Shown piece by piece: positions 1-13,210 of a stretch of 64,000 nt of DNA. Each line of letters opens with the position of its first letter. Position 1 is the stretch's first letter. The notes beneath the pieces were generated by a model, which made no database searches, had not been told where the DNA came from, and saw nothing but the letters and a program-made list of their open reading frames with translations. The stretch is from Felis catus (Eukaryota): NCBI RefSeq assembly GCF_018350175.1, contig NC_058374.1, positions 75,454,001-75,518,000 of the forward strand, read 5' to 3'. Both the position numbers and the translations under genes were made by a program.

Positions 1-500
1 AGGAATTTACCCAAGGGATACAGGAGTACTGATGCATAGGGGCACTTGTACCCCAATGTTTATAGCAGCACTTTCAACAAGACCCAAATTATGGAAAAAG
101 CCTAAATGTCCATCAACTGATGAATGGATAAAGAAATTGTGGTTTATATACACAATGGAGTACTACATGGCAATGAGAAAAAATGAAATATGGCCCTTTG
201 TAGCAACGTGGATGGAACTGGAGAGTGTGATGCTAAGTGAAATAAGCCATACAGAGAAAGACAGATACCATATGGTTTCATTCTTACGTGGATCCGGAGA
301 AACTTAACAGAAACCCATGGGGGAGGGGAAGGAAAAAAAAAAGAGGTTAGAGTGGGAGAGAGCCAAAGCATAAGAGACTCTTAAAAACTGAGAACAAACT
401 GAGGGTTGATGGGGGGTGGGAGGGAGGGGAGGGTGGGTGATGGGTATTGAGGAGGGCATCTTTTGGGATGAGCACTGGGTGTTGTATGGAAACCAATTTG
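1..500 (+). mobile_element. LINE-1 3' end (ORF2 C-terminus + 3' UTR), young felid-type L1
   Basis: ORF 32-307 reads TCTPMFIAALST..WKKPKCPSTDEWIKKLWFIYTMEYY, the L1 ORF2p C-terminus. It is followed by the G-rich 3' UTR typical of carnivore L1. Confidence 0.93.
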
Positions 501-630
501 NNNNNNNNNNNNNNNNNNNNNNNNNNNNNNNNNNNNNNNNNNNNNNNNNNNNNNNNNNNNNNNNNNNNNNNNNNNNNNNNNNNNNNNNNNNNNNNNNNNN
601 NNNNNNNNNNNNNNNNNNNNNNNNNNNNNN

Positions 631-717
631 AAATGCCCTTCTTAATGCCCATCACCCATTTAGCCCATCCCCCACCCACCTTCCCTCCAGCAACCTTCAG
701 TTTATTCTCAGTCTTTA
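631..717 (-). mobile_element. L1 3' UTR fragment, inverted relative to the preceding L1
   Basis: Reverse complement resembles 380-460 (gagaataaactgaaggttgctggagggaaggtgggtggggg...tgggtgatgggcattaagaagggcat). Confidence 0.75.
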
Positions 718-843
718 CCACCTTGCCTCCTTTCAAACTCACTAAACTCGAGTTTTTCATCAAAGTCAAAGCCTCAACACAGATGTTTCAAAATAGAATC
801 CCTTGAGTTTTTAAAAATTTCTGTTTGTTTTGTGAGTCTAAAT

Positions 844-926
844 TTGGGTTTTAAGCTGTGACTCCAGAGAATAAAGGACATTGGTTTCTTGGTCTCCCCG
901 GGGTGCCAGGCTGAGCTGGCCAATTA
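844..926 (+). promoter_or_regulatory. putative OR promoter module (O/E-like + homeodomain sites) for OR at 5695
   Basis: ttgggttttaagctgtgactccagagaata, TCCCCGGGG (895-903) and CAATTA (921-926). Homologous blocks lie upstream of all five OR genes. Confidence 0.55.
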
Positions 927-1380
927 CTGACTGCCTAATCCTAATCTACACCTGCCCCTCTGAAGGGTTATATCTGGGAATCACTCACTTCATGGATTCT
1001 CCTAGTACAACAGTACTTACAGTGAGAAAGAAAACTGAAAAAAGGGATGCCCAAGGGGTTGGACTTAAGACTATCAGAAAGAAGCTCTCCATACCTTTTG
1101 TGGAGGATTGGAGAGTCTTCAATAGCCAGTAGGAGAAAAAGGCCAGGTCAAACTAGAGCTCAGAAGATACGTGTCTCAAAGCTTCAGAACTGGTGAGTAT
1201 CTAGCACCCAGGTGACTGATCTTCATGGCCTAGAAAAAAATTAATAATATGAAGTTCTTGCAATTGGTCTTCATGAACATAGAGACCTCATGGCCTGAAG
1301 AAAAGATCAGAGTGGCAAGAAGTCTTCTGAGGCACAAAAAGCCCAGAGCTCGGTAATGTCCTCTCTGTGACTGCTCTGAA

Positions 1381-1411
<31 letters not shown>

Positions 1412-2279
1412 CCCCTCTTTTCCCCTGATAAATTGTTTTCCACTCTTCATATACCTTCTCTTTCTGGGTCTCTGAGATGTGGGGTTTTGTTTTTACCCTG
1501 GGTCTTCTTATAGACTTTTTATTTGCTGGAGACTGAGCCCCCAAATCTAGGCAGACTCATATTCTCCATGCATTAAAGTCTACGTGTTCACCTACTCTGA
1601 GCAGCTACTTGGGAAAAACTCTCTGGCCTTCGTGACTAACATTAAGCAATGAGAATGAGGACTTCATGCATTCTGGGTACAAACTCTGCATTAGTCTAGG
1701 CCCTAAGAATATAATGAAAACAGAGTATGCAACGGGGAGCATAGCAGTCAGAGGAGGATTGAGCAGAGTACATCATCAGAGTAGATGGTATATATTTTTT
1801 CCTTTTCTAGGATCCACTCACATTTGCCACAAAAAGTTAACTTTTTTTTCTATTAATAACTCCTTCAATCTCCCAAATGGTTCAAACTGATGCAGGTGCC
1901 GAAGCACATAGGAGGAGAGGCAAAAGTCAAGGAATATTTAAAAAAAATCTTTTGCTGATGTTCTTTTTCCATACCCTCCTACTTTCACCTCTTCTCCCAG
2001 TTCAGGGGCCTTCTAGATTCCCATGGAATTTATACTGCTTCTGAGTATATAAATTTTCCCACTTTTGGTCAGTAAATAGAGGAAATACTGAAACTCTCTC
2101 TCTTGCCTTTCTTATTAATCCATCTATCCCAACATTTGTGAAATTAACATTTTTAAACTAAATACATTTGAGATTGATAAAGTGTTAAGAAACTTATGTT
2201 TGTTCTCTTTGTCAAGGGAGGTTTCCCAACAACTTGTCCCAACAACTTGGAAAGGATGTGATAAAGATACATTACCGAA

Positions 2280-2470
2280 CTTCCTGAGCTCAAATTCCAG
2301 CTCCTCCACTTGGTGTCTATTTGACCTTGGGCATGGTTCTTAAATGCTGTCTGCCTCAGGCCCTCATCTGTTTAAAAAAAAGAAAAGGGATAAGAAGATA
2401 AAACACCCACATCATGGGACTTTTGCATGAAAGAAGTAGGTTAATATATATAAAGTGCTTGGAATCAAGC
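2280..2470 (+). repeat. MIR-like SINE remnant
   Basis: ctcaaattccagctcctccact...tgaccttgggcatggttcttaa...gcctcaggccctcatctgt...taaagtgcttggaa resembles the MIR core. Confidence 0.6.
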
Positions 2471-3789
2471 ATTATCTTTTCAATATCATCACCATCCTCA
2501 CTACCCTGATTCATTACATCTACAGGGGTTAATAGTGTAACTGATTTGAAGTGTTTAAACATAGTCATTCCAGTGGAATAAATATGCAATGATAAAATAG
2601 GATGACTTTTTTAAGCCCCCAAAATCAACATCATTTTGATCTGTAAAGCAGATCAGACAGAATTGAAGGTTGCAGACATGTTTGACAAAGTGTTCATATG
2701 TGACTCACCAATGCAAATTAGAAAACCCAGCTAATTTCTAAACTGTCTTCTGCATTGACCTCTCTTCTCTCTTTAAAGATCTGGGGCATCACTTCTCCAC
2801 TCACTCTGAATCTAGGCTATATCTCACAAACTTCACTGTGAATTGGAGCACTGTGATCCTTCCAGACGAGTAAGTACACACAAGGCAGACAGAGTAAATG
2901 TGACAGAATTGAAGTTAATATATGCTTAATTCATACAGAAAATTCCAAACAAAGAAGTGTTCATATTCTTGAGGAGAGTGTCCTCAATTTACTTTTTAAT
3001 TTTGTTTTACTTACTAGTGTAGAGAACAGAAAAATGTTTTCTTCTAACAGGACTTGACAAAAGCAGAGATAAGAGGGGTCCTTGAAATTTATTTTTTCAA
3101 TAGTTTGTTCTCCTTACCTGCTAAATTTAAGTTTATTTCAGCCATCTATTCTGCATATAAGACAATAGTCAGAACTGAGATGTAAACTGGATTTAAGAAA
3201 GTCCTATAGTTTGAGAAAGTATGTAAATATTCAATATTAATAGTGGGGAAATAATCAGAAAGGACAAGCACTGGGAAGATGACCACTCTACAGGATTGAA
3301 CTCATTGTGATCCCTTTGGGCAACATCAAGGTCAAACTCTGTGGTATCAGGACAAGGCTCAAGAATACAGAGCAGATTGTGAGCACAAGGGGACAGACTA
3401 GAGTTTGTGTGGCATTACAAAGCCAGGCAGATTTCAAGAGGCACAACCTAAGTATGTAGCCTCGACAGTGTTTCAACTAGGCACAAGAAGAAAAGCTAAG
3501 AGAATAAATCCCTGAATGCTAGACAAGAGTGAAACAAAGAGAAAAAACTGAGTACCTATAAAATAGTTAAACAGCTGTATATACAAGGTTGTCTTCTTCT
3601 TAGTGCCTATCATAGCCTGGCTTATAGGAGCCCACCTGTGAATATCTGATGTCTGAATAAATGGGCTTATAGAAATATGATAGAAGTATAAACAAATGGA
3701 GAAAAGGATTGTGAATGGAACAGGTAAAGTCTACTCCCAGACCCTCTCCAGCTACAGCAATCTGACTCCAATTCTGACTCCGATTCCTC

Positions 3790-3791
<2 letters not shown>

Positions 3792-3823
<32 letters not shown>
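3792..3823. repeat. (CA)n microsatellite
   Basis: Uninterrupted CA repeat. Confidence 0.95.
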
Positions 3824-3826
<3 letters not shown>

Positions 3827-5278
3827 TTCACTTATCTTTAATGTTGAATCTTTATCAAGCGTATGGGCCTGGAATCTTTCCCAAGAATGTTACTTGTACA
3901 GTCTATACTCTTCATTTCATCATTTCTTTCTTTATTCCACAAATATTCATTGGGGTTCCATTCTGTGCACATCCCTTCACTAGGTCAAGGGTTCTGGATG
4001 CCAAACATTATAGAACACAATCACTGCCTCCATGAAGTTACAGTACCACGAAATGGAAAACATTAATACAGTATACATGTGTACTAACATTAACAATGAC
4101 AGAAAAACAGGGATTCATGTGGTAGTCTACAAGGAACAGAGTTACTTATTATGAGCTGATGAGCTAGATCATATTATGGAGAAACAAGAATTCTTAAGAA
4201 ACTCTTCAGAAAAGAGGTAGAGACTCAGTATAGAAAAGATTCAGGCTTCATGATCAAAGAGTTCAGAGTTGGAATCATGGTATTAATCATTTGGGATGAT
4301 ACTCAAATACTTTTGTTTCCTTATTTAAAAAATCTTTACATAATGATTTACTTCAACTTGCATCTGGAGTTTAGTAGAAGTACCTAGGACTTATGTGGCA
4401 CTCAATAATAAGTAGTTCTCCTATTATTACATATTATGGTGAATTCAGAAAGATAATGATCAATGAAGATCTCAGGGGAAAAAGTTGAAATTAAGGTAAA
4501 TGTCAAAAAACAAATAAGATTTGGATCTAAAGACAGGGCATTCCAGATAGAGCTGATGCTTGAGCAAAGGCAGAAAGAAAGGATGTCCATGAAGTACTCG
4601 GAGGAAAACAACACTCGTTTGCCCTCAGAATTGGGGCTTTCTAGAGGGAAGTATATGGACAATTCTATAGGTACATAGATACCAGGTGATGGAGGACATT
4701 CACTGCCAAGCTTTGGTTGGAAGACATGGTAGGATATATCTACAAGATACCTCTTGTCTTGGAGCGCAACCAAATGCTGTGCAACCAAATGCTGACTGTT
4801 GAAATTGGCAATTTAGACAAGTAATATAACCTCTGATACTCCATTTTCTCTTCTGTAAAATGGATCCAGCAAGCTCTGCCCTTATTCATGCTACTCCGTT
4901 CTCCAACATACAAAGGCAAAGAAAGACACATGCACACACACACAGGCACACATGCACTAAGATTCATGATTACATGAATTACACTCATGATTCATGATGC
5001 ATTGCATTCATGATTACATTTCAGTCTTGCTGCAAAGATGAAAGTGATTGTAAAAAAGCTAAAGAAAGACAAAATAATGTCATTGAGCAATTATGCAACC
5101 TAGCAAGGTTTTAAATGGGAGTAAGAAACTCAGTGACAGAAGAGAAATGACAAGTGTTGCAACATCCATTATAGACAGTTCACTAAAATATACAAATTAT
5201 AGGCACTGCTAACAAGTTTCAATGAAAAGAATTGACTAAATTAGTCATGGTCCTGGTCTGCACAAATTTGTGAATTCC

Positions 5279-5450
5279 GAGGCACCTGGGTAGGTCAGTT
5301 GGTTGAGCAACTGATTCTTGATTTCGGCTTGGATTATGATCTCACTGTTTGTGGGTTTGAGCACTGAGCCTGCGTAGGATTCTCTCCCTCCCTCCCTCTG
5401 CCCCTTTCCTCCCCCCCCCCCCACACAAAATAAATAAACATTTTTTTTAA
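5279..5450 (+). mobile_element. Can-SINE (older, short type)
   Basis: ggcacctgggtaggtcagttggttgagc head and A-rich tail. Flanking direct repeat aaatttgtgaatt. Confidence 0.85.
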
Positions 5451-5694
5451 AAATTTGTGAATTTCTTCAGCAATCTCTGAGATAGAATATCAACTATAGG
5501 ATAATATCATACTGAGATTGACCCATTCAGATGAAGCAGAATATCTGTATGGGAAGAGAGGATCCAAAGATTCAATGAGGGCGAATATTAAATATAAGTT
5601 AGTTGGGTTCAAACCCCCTCCTCTGGTAATTGAATGTGGTCATCAGAGGTTTAAGTTTTTGCCTATGTTTACTTCTAGGGAATATTCCCTCTAA

Positions 5695-6621
5695 ATGGCT
5701 TTGAGGAACCACAGCACCATCACAGAGTTCATCCTCCTTGGCCTGTCTGTTGACTCCCACGTCCAGGTTCTGCTCTTTGTGCTTTTCCTTGGGATTTACC
5801 TCTTTACTATAATGGGAAATCTATCGATGCTGTTGGTCATCAGGGAAGATCCCCATCTCCACACACCTATGTACTTCTTCCTGAGCCACCTCTCTTTCAT
5901 GGACTTTTGTCTCTCTACTGCCATCGTGCCCAAGCTGCTGGAGAACCTCCTGTCTCAGAGCAAAACCATCTCAGTTGGGGGCTGCCTGGCTCAAGTCTTC
6001 TTTGTGTTTGACATTGGAGGAACAGAAGTCTGCTTACTCTCAGCAATGGCCTATGACCGTTATGCTGCTATCTGTCACCCACTCCTCTATGGCCGGGTAA
6101 TGAATAATCAGCTGTATATGCAGCTTGTATGGGGCTCATGGAGCCTGGGGTTTCTAGATGCACTCATTAACATCCCCCTGACAATGAACTTGGATTTCTG
6201 TGAAGCGAAAATCATCCATCACTATAGCTGTGAGTTGCCCTCCCTCTTCCCTTTGTCCTGCTCTGATGTCTCTACCAGCCTCACTGTCCTGGTCTGTTCT
6301 ACACTCCTGCATGGCGGTGGTACATTCTTCCTGATTTTCTTCTCCTATGTGCGCATAGTCTCCACCATCCTGAGCATTAGCTCCACCTCAGGCAGAAGCA
6401 AGGCCTTCTCCACCTGCTCCTCTCACCTCACTGCATTGAGCTTCTTCTATGGCTCAGCTTTCCTCCGTTATCTCATGCCAACCTCAGGCTCACCTCTGGA
6501 GCTCATCTTCTCCATACAGTATGGTGTGGTCACTCCCCTAGTGAATCCCCTCATCTACAGCCTGAAAAACAAGGAGGTTAAAAATGCACTGAGAAGAACC
6601 TTGGGAAAGTGTTTGCAATAG
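5695..6621 (+). CDS. OR8S1: olfactory receptor, OR8S1-like (308 aa, intact)
   Basis: NHS glycosylation site, LHTPMYFFLSHLS, MAYDRYAAICHPLLY, KAFSTCSSHL and PLVNPLIYSLKNKEV. The N-terminus MALRNHSTITEFILLGLS resembles OR8S1 (subfamily-level call, not orthology). Splice acceptor tttacttctAG ends 16 nt before the ATG. Confidence 0.95.
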   Translation: MALRNHSTITEFILLGLSVDSHVQVLLFVLFLGIYLFTIMGNLSMLLVIREDPHLHTPMYFFLSHLSFMDFCLSTAIVPKLLENLLSQSKTISVGGCLAQVFFVFDIGGTEVCLLSAMAYDRYAAICHPLLYGRVMNNQLYMQLVWGSWSLGFLDALINIPLTMNLDFCEAKIIHHYSCELPSLFPLSCSDVSTSLTVLVCSTLLHGGGTFFLIFFSYVRIVSTILSISSTSGRSKAFSTCSSHLTALSFFYGSAFLRYLMPTSGSPLELIFSIQYGVVTPLVNPLIYSLKNKEVKNALRRTLGKCLQ

Positions 6622-8386
6622 TACAGGTAGCAAACTGGATGGAGATGATTAGGTGTTAGGCTAGAACTGCATGCATGCAGATACCTGTTGAATTGATGTT
6701 AAGTAAAATTGGCTGAATGCCTATCTTGTTAAATGCTGACAGATGCCTTAGTATATAATTTAACACCCAGACTCAGTATATCTTATTCTAATTTTTTTTC
6801 TATACATAGAGATCGGAATTGAACAAATTATTGAGCAGTCTCAATAATATATAGACAAGAATCATTTTTGACCTATTTTTACCAAAATATGGCATACATA
6901 CAAAAAGTGCACAGAATATAAGTGTACAACACAATCAATTTTCTCAAAGAGAATATGACCAAAAAGCTGGCAACCAAATCAAGTCGCCCTTTGCAACACG
7001 ATCCCACCCTCACAAGTAATACGATACCATATATCACTTCTGTCTTCTTTTGCTCTTCACAGAAGTGGAATCATACCATCTAGTTCTTTTTCTTTTGTGC
7101 CTGATTTAATGTACTCAATATTGCACTTAGAGAGCTAACTCTTCGGGTATAATGTATTTGTTCATTGTTTATTCTCAGTGTTGCATTATTTTCCACTGTG
7201 TGAACGTATAATTTATTCACCCATTTTACTGTTGAAAGATATTTGTGTAGTTTTGGTTTATGGCTGTTATGACTAGTGTAGCTGTCAGTATTCTTGTACA
7301 CATCCCTTAACGAGCATAGATACTTTTGTTTCGCTTTGTTTTAGTATACACCTAGAGATGGCTTTGTTTGATAATACGGTATACATCATACTTCCAAGAA
7401 CTTTCCCTTTATGGTTGTAAAATTGTATATTCCCATAGTAGTTTATAAGAATTCCAGTTGCTCCGTAAAATACACATGGTATTTTTATGTTTTTCATTTC
7501 ATAATTCTAGTGGGTGAGTTGTGATTCCATTTCAGGCTGTACTTTGCATTTCTCTGATGGCTAATAAAGCTAAGCACCCTTTCCTCTGCTGCCCTGTGGA
7601 CTGACTTTCATTCTCTTAATGTTGTTCTGATGAAGAGAAATTCTTAATTGTAATAAACCCCAATTAATCATTTTTCCTTTATAATATACTTGCTATTTTT
7701 GTGCTGTGTTAAAATTTTTTTCCTTACTCTTAGTTTATGAAAATATTCTGGTTTTTTTTAAGCTTTAGTGCTTTATTATAATCCACCTGGAATTGCTTTC
7801 TGTGCATAATGTGTGATAAAGGTCAAGATTCATTTTTTCCAAATGGAAATGCATTTACCCATCACCATTTATGTTCCCACTGCACTGTAATATTGCTTTT
7901 ATCATAAATCATATATATGTGTGGGTCTGTTTCTGAATCTTCTTCCATTTTGTTCCATGATTAGTTTGTCTGCTTTTGTACCAATAACAAACTATGTTTA
8001 CTATTGTATCATTATAACAGGCTTCGAAGTTTGGAAGTAGAAGGGTTCCTTGTAACACAATTCTTCAGGATGTGCTTGGTTCTTTGTATTTTCAGACAAA
8101 TTTTTAGAATCAGCTTATCAACAGCAAAAACGTCCAGGATTTTGATTGTGTCTGAATCTATAGATCAGGTTGAAAAGGGGTGGCACCTTCACAATATTGA
8201 GTCACCCAATTAACCAAGTTATAACTTTCCATTTAATTAGGTCTTTTTAATTTCTCTCAGAAATATATTATAGCTTTTATTATAGAGGTTTTTTGTACCT
8301 TTTGTGAAATGTATTATTGGGCATTTAATGTTTTTTAACTTATTTAAGCAGTATTATTTTTAAATGTTATTCTATGTGTGATTTTA

Positions 8387-8604
8387 AACTTTTTTTTTTT
8401 TCAACGTTTATTTATTTTTGGGACAGAGAGAGACAGAGCATGAACGGGCAAGGGGCAGAGAGAGAGGGAGACACAGATTCGGAAACAGGCTCCAGGCTCT
8501 GAGCCATCTGCCCAGAGCCCGACGCGGGGCTCAAACTCACGGACCGCGAGATCGTGACCTGGCTGAAGTCGGACGCTTAACCGACTGCGCCACCCAGGCG
8601 CCCC
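8387..8604 (-). mobile_element. young feline Can-SINE with perfect 16-bp TSD
   Basis: CpG-rich, near-consensus body. TSD tctatgtgtgatttta at 8371-8386 and 8605-8620. Confidence 0.95.
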
Positions 8605-8890
8605 TCTATGTGTGATTTTATTGGTATGGAAAAACATAATTTATTTTTATGTATCAGTGAACTTGTTAAATTCATTCCTTAATTTTAAGGGGTTTTTTTT
8701 TGTAGATCAACTTTTTCAGATTAAGAAAGTTTTCTTTCCTTTTCATAGTTTGCTAAGTATTTTATGCATAAATTATGTCAAGTTTTATCAAATGGTATTC
8801 CTGTATCTATTGAGCTATCATCTAGATTTTCTAATTTTATTAGTTAGAAAGGTCAATTCTATTAGTTGATTTTTAAAGATAAAACTTCAC

Positions 8891-9090
8891 GGGGCAGCTG
8901 GGTGGCTCAGTTGGTTAAGTGTCTGACTTCAACTCAGGTTGTGATCTCATGGTTTGTGAGTTCGAACCCCACATCAAGCTCTGTGTTGGCAGCTCAGAGC
9001 CTGGAGCCTGCTTTGGGTTCTGTGTCTCCCTTTCTGTTTGCTCCTCTCCCATTTGTGCTCTGTCTCTCTCAAAAATAAGTAAACATTAAA
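8891..9090 (+). mobile_element. Can-SINE
   Basis: ggggcagctgggtggctcagttggttaag head. Flanking repeat taaaacttcac. Confidence 0.88.
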
Positions 9091-9480
9091 GGTAAAACTT
9101 CACATCAGTTTTATTATCAAGATTTAATAGATTCATAAAAAGAATTAAGATGCATCCTCTCTTTTCTATTCTGTGGAAGAATTGTGTAATATTGGTTGTT
9201 ACTTCTTCATATATTCATAAGAATTCACTATTAAACTAATATGATTGGGGTTTTCTTTCTAAGAGCTTTTTTAAAATAATGAATTCAAGTTATTTAATAC
9301 CTATTAAATGATTCAGACCTCTGCTTCTTCTGCCAGACTTGAAAAAAATGTGTTTTTAGAGAAATTGGCCCAGTCACATAAATTCTCAGATTTGTTAACA
9401 ATTAAAGTGGCTCATAATATTCACTTTATTATCTTTTCCATGTCTATACTATATGTATTGATATCCTACTTTTCACTCTG

Positions 9481-12400
9481 ATTTGTATATATCCAATAAA
9501 GTGTTAATATCCAAAATATATAAAGAACTTAGACAACTCCACACACACACAAAATAAGAATCTAATTGAAATGGACAGAAGGGGTGCCTGGGTAGCTTAG
9601 TTGGTTAAACATCTGACTTCTGCTCAGATCATGATCTTGGGGTTTGTGGGTTCAAGCCCTGTGTCAGGCTCTGTGCTGACAGCTTGAAGCCTGGAGCCTG
9701 CCTAGGATTCTGTGTCTCCCTCTCTCTCTGACCCTCCCCTGCTCATGCTTTGTCTCTTTCTCTCTCAAAAATAAATAAATTTTTTTTAAAAATGGANNNN
9801 NNNNNNNNNNNNNNNNNNNNNNNNNNNNNNNNNNNNNNNNNNNNNNNNNNNNNNNNNNNNNNNNNNNNNNNNNNNNNNNNNNNNNNNNNNNNNNNNNNNN
9901 NNNNNNNNNNNNNNNNNNNNNNNNNNNNNNNNNNNNNNNNNNNNNNNNNNNNNNAACAAGTGTTGGCGAGGTTGTGGAGAAGAAGAAAGCCTCATGCACA
10001 ATTAATGGGAATGCAAAGTGGTGCAGCCACTATGGAAAACAGTGTGGAGGTCCTTCAAAAAATTAAAAATAGTTTTCTGATATGATCCAGTGATTTCACT
10101 GGTGTTGGGCATTTACCTAAATAAAAGCATTTTTCACAGAAATAGAATAAGGAATCCTAAAATTTGTATCGAACCACAAAAGACCCCAAAGAGCCAAAAA
10201 AATCCTGAAACAGAGTAACAAAGCCAGAGGCATCACATTTGCTGATTTCAACTTTACTACAAAGTTATAATAATTGAACAGTATGGTGTTGGCATAAAAA
10301 TAAACATGTATACCAATAGAACAAAATAGAAAGCCCAAAATTAACCTTCTGCATATACTGTCAACTGATATTTGACAAGAGAACGAAGAACTCCAAATGG
10401 GGAAAAGATAGCCTCTTCAACAAATGGTGCTGGGAAACCAGATCACTATAAGCAGAAAAACAAGACTGGACCCCTATCTTACACCACTCACAAAAATTAA
10501 CTCAAAATGGATCAAAGATTTAAACATAAGACCTGATACTGTAAAACTTCTAGAAGTAAACATAAGGAAGAAGCTCCTTGACATTAATCTGGGCAATGAT
10601 TTTTTAGGTGTGACACCAAAAGTGCAAAAATCAACAAGTAGGACTACATTAAAATCTAAAAGCCTTTGCCCAGCAAAGAAACCATCAATGAGGTGAAAAG
10701 GCAACCTACAGAATGAGAGAACATTTTTGCAAACCATATACTGGATAAGAGGCTAATAACCAAAATGTATAAAGAATTCCTACAACTTAATAACCAAAAA
10801 GAAAAACAAACCAACCTGATTTTAAAATGGTCAGATAACCTAAATAAACATTTGTCCAAAGAAGACATACAAATGGACAATATGTACATGAAAAGATGCT
10901 CAACATCACTAATCATTAGGTAAATGCAAATCAAAACACCTAACACCTACGAGAATGGCTATCACGAAGAAGAGGAGATAACAAGTGNNNNNNNNNNNNN
11001 NNNNNNNNNNNNNNNNNNNNNNNNNNNNNNNNNNNNNNNNNNNNNNNNNNNNNNNNNNNNNNNNNNNNNNNNNNNNNNNNNNNNNNNNNNNNNNNNNNNN
11101 NNNNNNNNNNNNNNNNNNNNNNNNNNNNNNNNNNNNNNNNNNGCACTACTAGGTATTTATCCAAGGGATATAGGTATACTGTTTCAAAGGGACACATGCA
11201 CCCCAATGTTTATAGAAGCCTTATAAACAATAGCCAAAGTATGGAAAGATCCCAAATGTCCAACGATGGATAAATGGATAAAGAAGATGTAGTAAATATA
11301 TACAATGGAGTATTACTTGGCAATCAAAAAGAATGAAATCTTGCCATTTACAACGATGTGGATGGAACTGGAGTGTATTATGCTAAGTGAAATTAGTCAG
11401 AGAAAGACAAGCATCATATGACTTCACTCATATGAGGACTTTAAGAGACAAAACAGATGAACACAAGGGAAGGGAAGCGGAAATAATATAAAACCACGGG
11501 GGGGAGGAGACAAAACATAAGAGACTCTTAAATATGGAGAACAGAGGGTTACTGGAGAGGTTGTGGGAGGGGGGATGGGCTAAATGGGGAAGGGGCACTA
11601 AGGAATCTACACCTGAAATCATTGTTGCACTATATGCTAACTAACTTGGATGTAAATTAAAAACAAAACAAAACAAAACAACAAGTGAGNNNNNNNNNNN
11701 NNNNNNNNNNNNNNNNNNNNNNNNNNNNNNNNNNNNNNNNNNNNNNNNNNNNNNNNNNNNNNNNNNNNNNNNNNNNNNNNNNNNNNNNNNNNNNNNNNNN
11801 NNNNNNNNNNNNNNNNNNNCCACTTCTGGTATATACCCAGAGGAAATGAAATCAATATCTGGAAAAGATATCTGCACCCCCTTATTCATTGCAGCATTAT
11901 TCACAATAGCCAAGACAGAAACAAACTAAATATACATCAGTGGAAGNNNNNNNNNNNNNNNNNNNNNNNNNNNNNNNNNNNNNNNNNNNNNNNNNNNNNN
12001 NNNNNNNNNNNNNNNNNNNNNNNNNNNNNNNNNNNNNNNNNNNNNNNNNNNNNNNNNNNNNNNNNNNNNNNNNNNNNNNNNNNNNNNNNNNNNNNNNNNN
12101 NNNNNNNNNNNNNNNNNNNNNNNNNNNNNNNNNNNNNNNNNNNNNNNNNNNNNNNNATGCCAAATGAGATATGTTAGACAGAAAAGGAAAAATCCTGTAT
12201 GATATCACTTACATATGAAATCTAAAAAAAGCGAAACTTGTAAAATGAGAGAATAGAATGGTGGTTACAAGAGGTTGAGGGGATGGAGAAATTGGATAGA
12301 TTTTGTTTAAGGATACAAATTTGCAACCAGTAGATAAATAAACCCTGAGGATCTAAAATTCCTTACTGTGATTATAGGCAACAGTACTGTATTGTTACAA

Positions 12401-12660
12401 ACATCAAACTTGCTAAGAGATTAGCTCTTGATCCCACCACAAAAAAAAAAAAAAAAATTATAATTATGTGACATATATATTTTAATTTACTAAGTAATTA
12501 TGATTATATATTATATATTATAATTATTCAGCGTTAATACTTCAATGGCACTCATATTGCAATATACGAATGTATCGATCAACACATTTACACCTTAAAC
12601 TTATACGATGTTACGTGTTGATTATATCTCAAGTTTAAATTTTTTTAATAAAAATAGAAA
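9481..12660 (+). mobile_element. L1 ORF2/3' UTR segments with a nested Can-SINE (9581-9790) and a nested younger L1 3' end (~10988-11680)
   Basis: ORF 10424-10696 [30 protein letters not shown] is L1 ORF2p. Two successive L1 3' UTR/A-tail ends (11660-11680 and ~12650). Confidence 0.85.
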
Positions 12661-13130
12661 CTTTTTTTGTCCGCTCCCCAGGCTCCAAAAATGTAAACAT
12701 TTTAAAGAAAAAATTTCATATAAGCTGAGAAATTTCTCATTAATGTCCAACAACTCATCTTCAGAGATAAAGATGCCTCCCATGAGGATGTGAGGCTGGA
12801 CCTGGGATCATGTTAGTCTCCACACTGCTCTTTGCCATACTACTGCATAGAATGAGGCTTCACAGATGCATCCAATGAGTCAGATAGTTGAATAAGTAAC
12901 CGTTTCTGATTTTTTAATAGATTTAATCAGAAAATGTTCGGCCCAGCTGTTTAAAGACACAGTTCCTTATGATGTGGGAAAGTCACCTGTTAGGTTAATT
13001 ATATCTCACTATATACCTTCCTTAATAATTTCCTAATAAGTGGCCAGCAGGAAAAGACTTCCCGGCTTGCCTACTTTCAAAGGCCAGTTAAAACTTCATC
13101 CCTAAAGTTCTATAGCCTATATCTGTGAGA

Positions 13131-13210
13131 ATCCCCTAGGACTTCTACAAACTTCACTCTTCCAGTTAATGAGCTTAAAGTTTGGCTTCAGACCATGACC
13201 TCAGGGATTA
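13131..13210 (+). promoter_or_regulatory. putative OR promoter module for OR at 18864
   Basis: TAATGA (13167-13172) followed by tttggcttcagaccatgacctcagggatta. Homologous to the blocks upstream of the other OR genes. Confidence 0.5.

Larger units (their letters stand above)
6860..9480 (-). mobile_element. old L1 (L1M-type) fragments, interrupted by SINEs
   Basis: T-rich degenerate antisense L1 3' UTR/ORF2 (ttattcacccattttactgttgaaagatatttg...; cattttttccaaatggaaat). Boundaries approximate. Confidence 0.7.

Noticed and set aside
4960-5022. Degenerate repeats of ttcatgat/catga upstream of gene 1
   Set aside because: Low-complexity local slippage; not seen in the paralogous region of gene 4.
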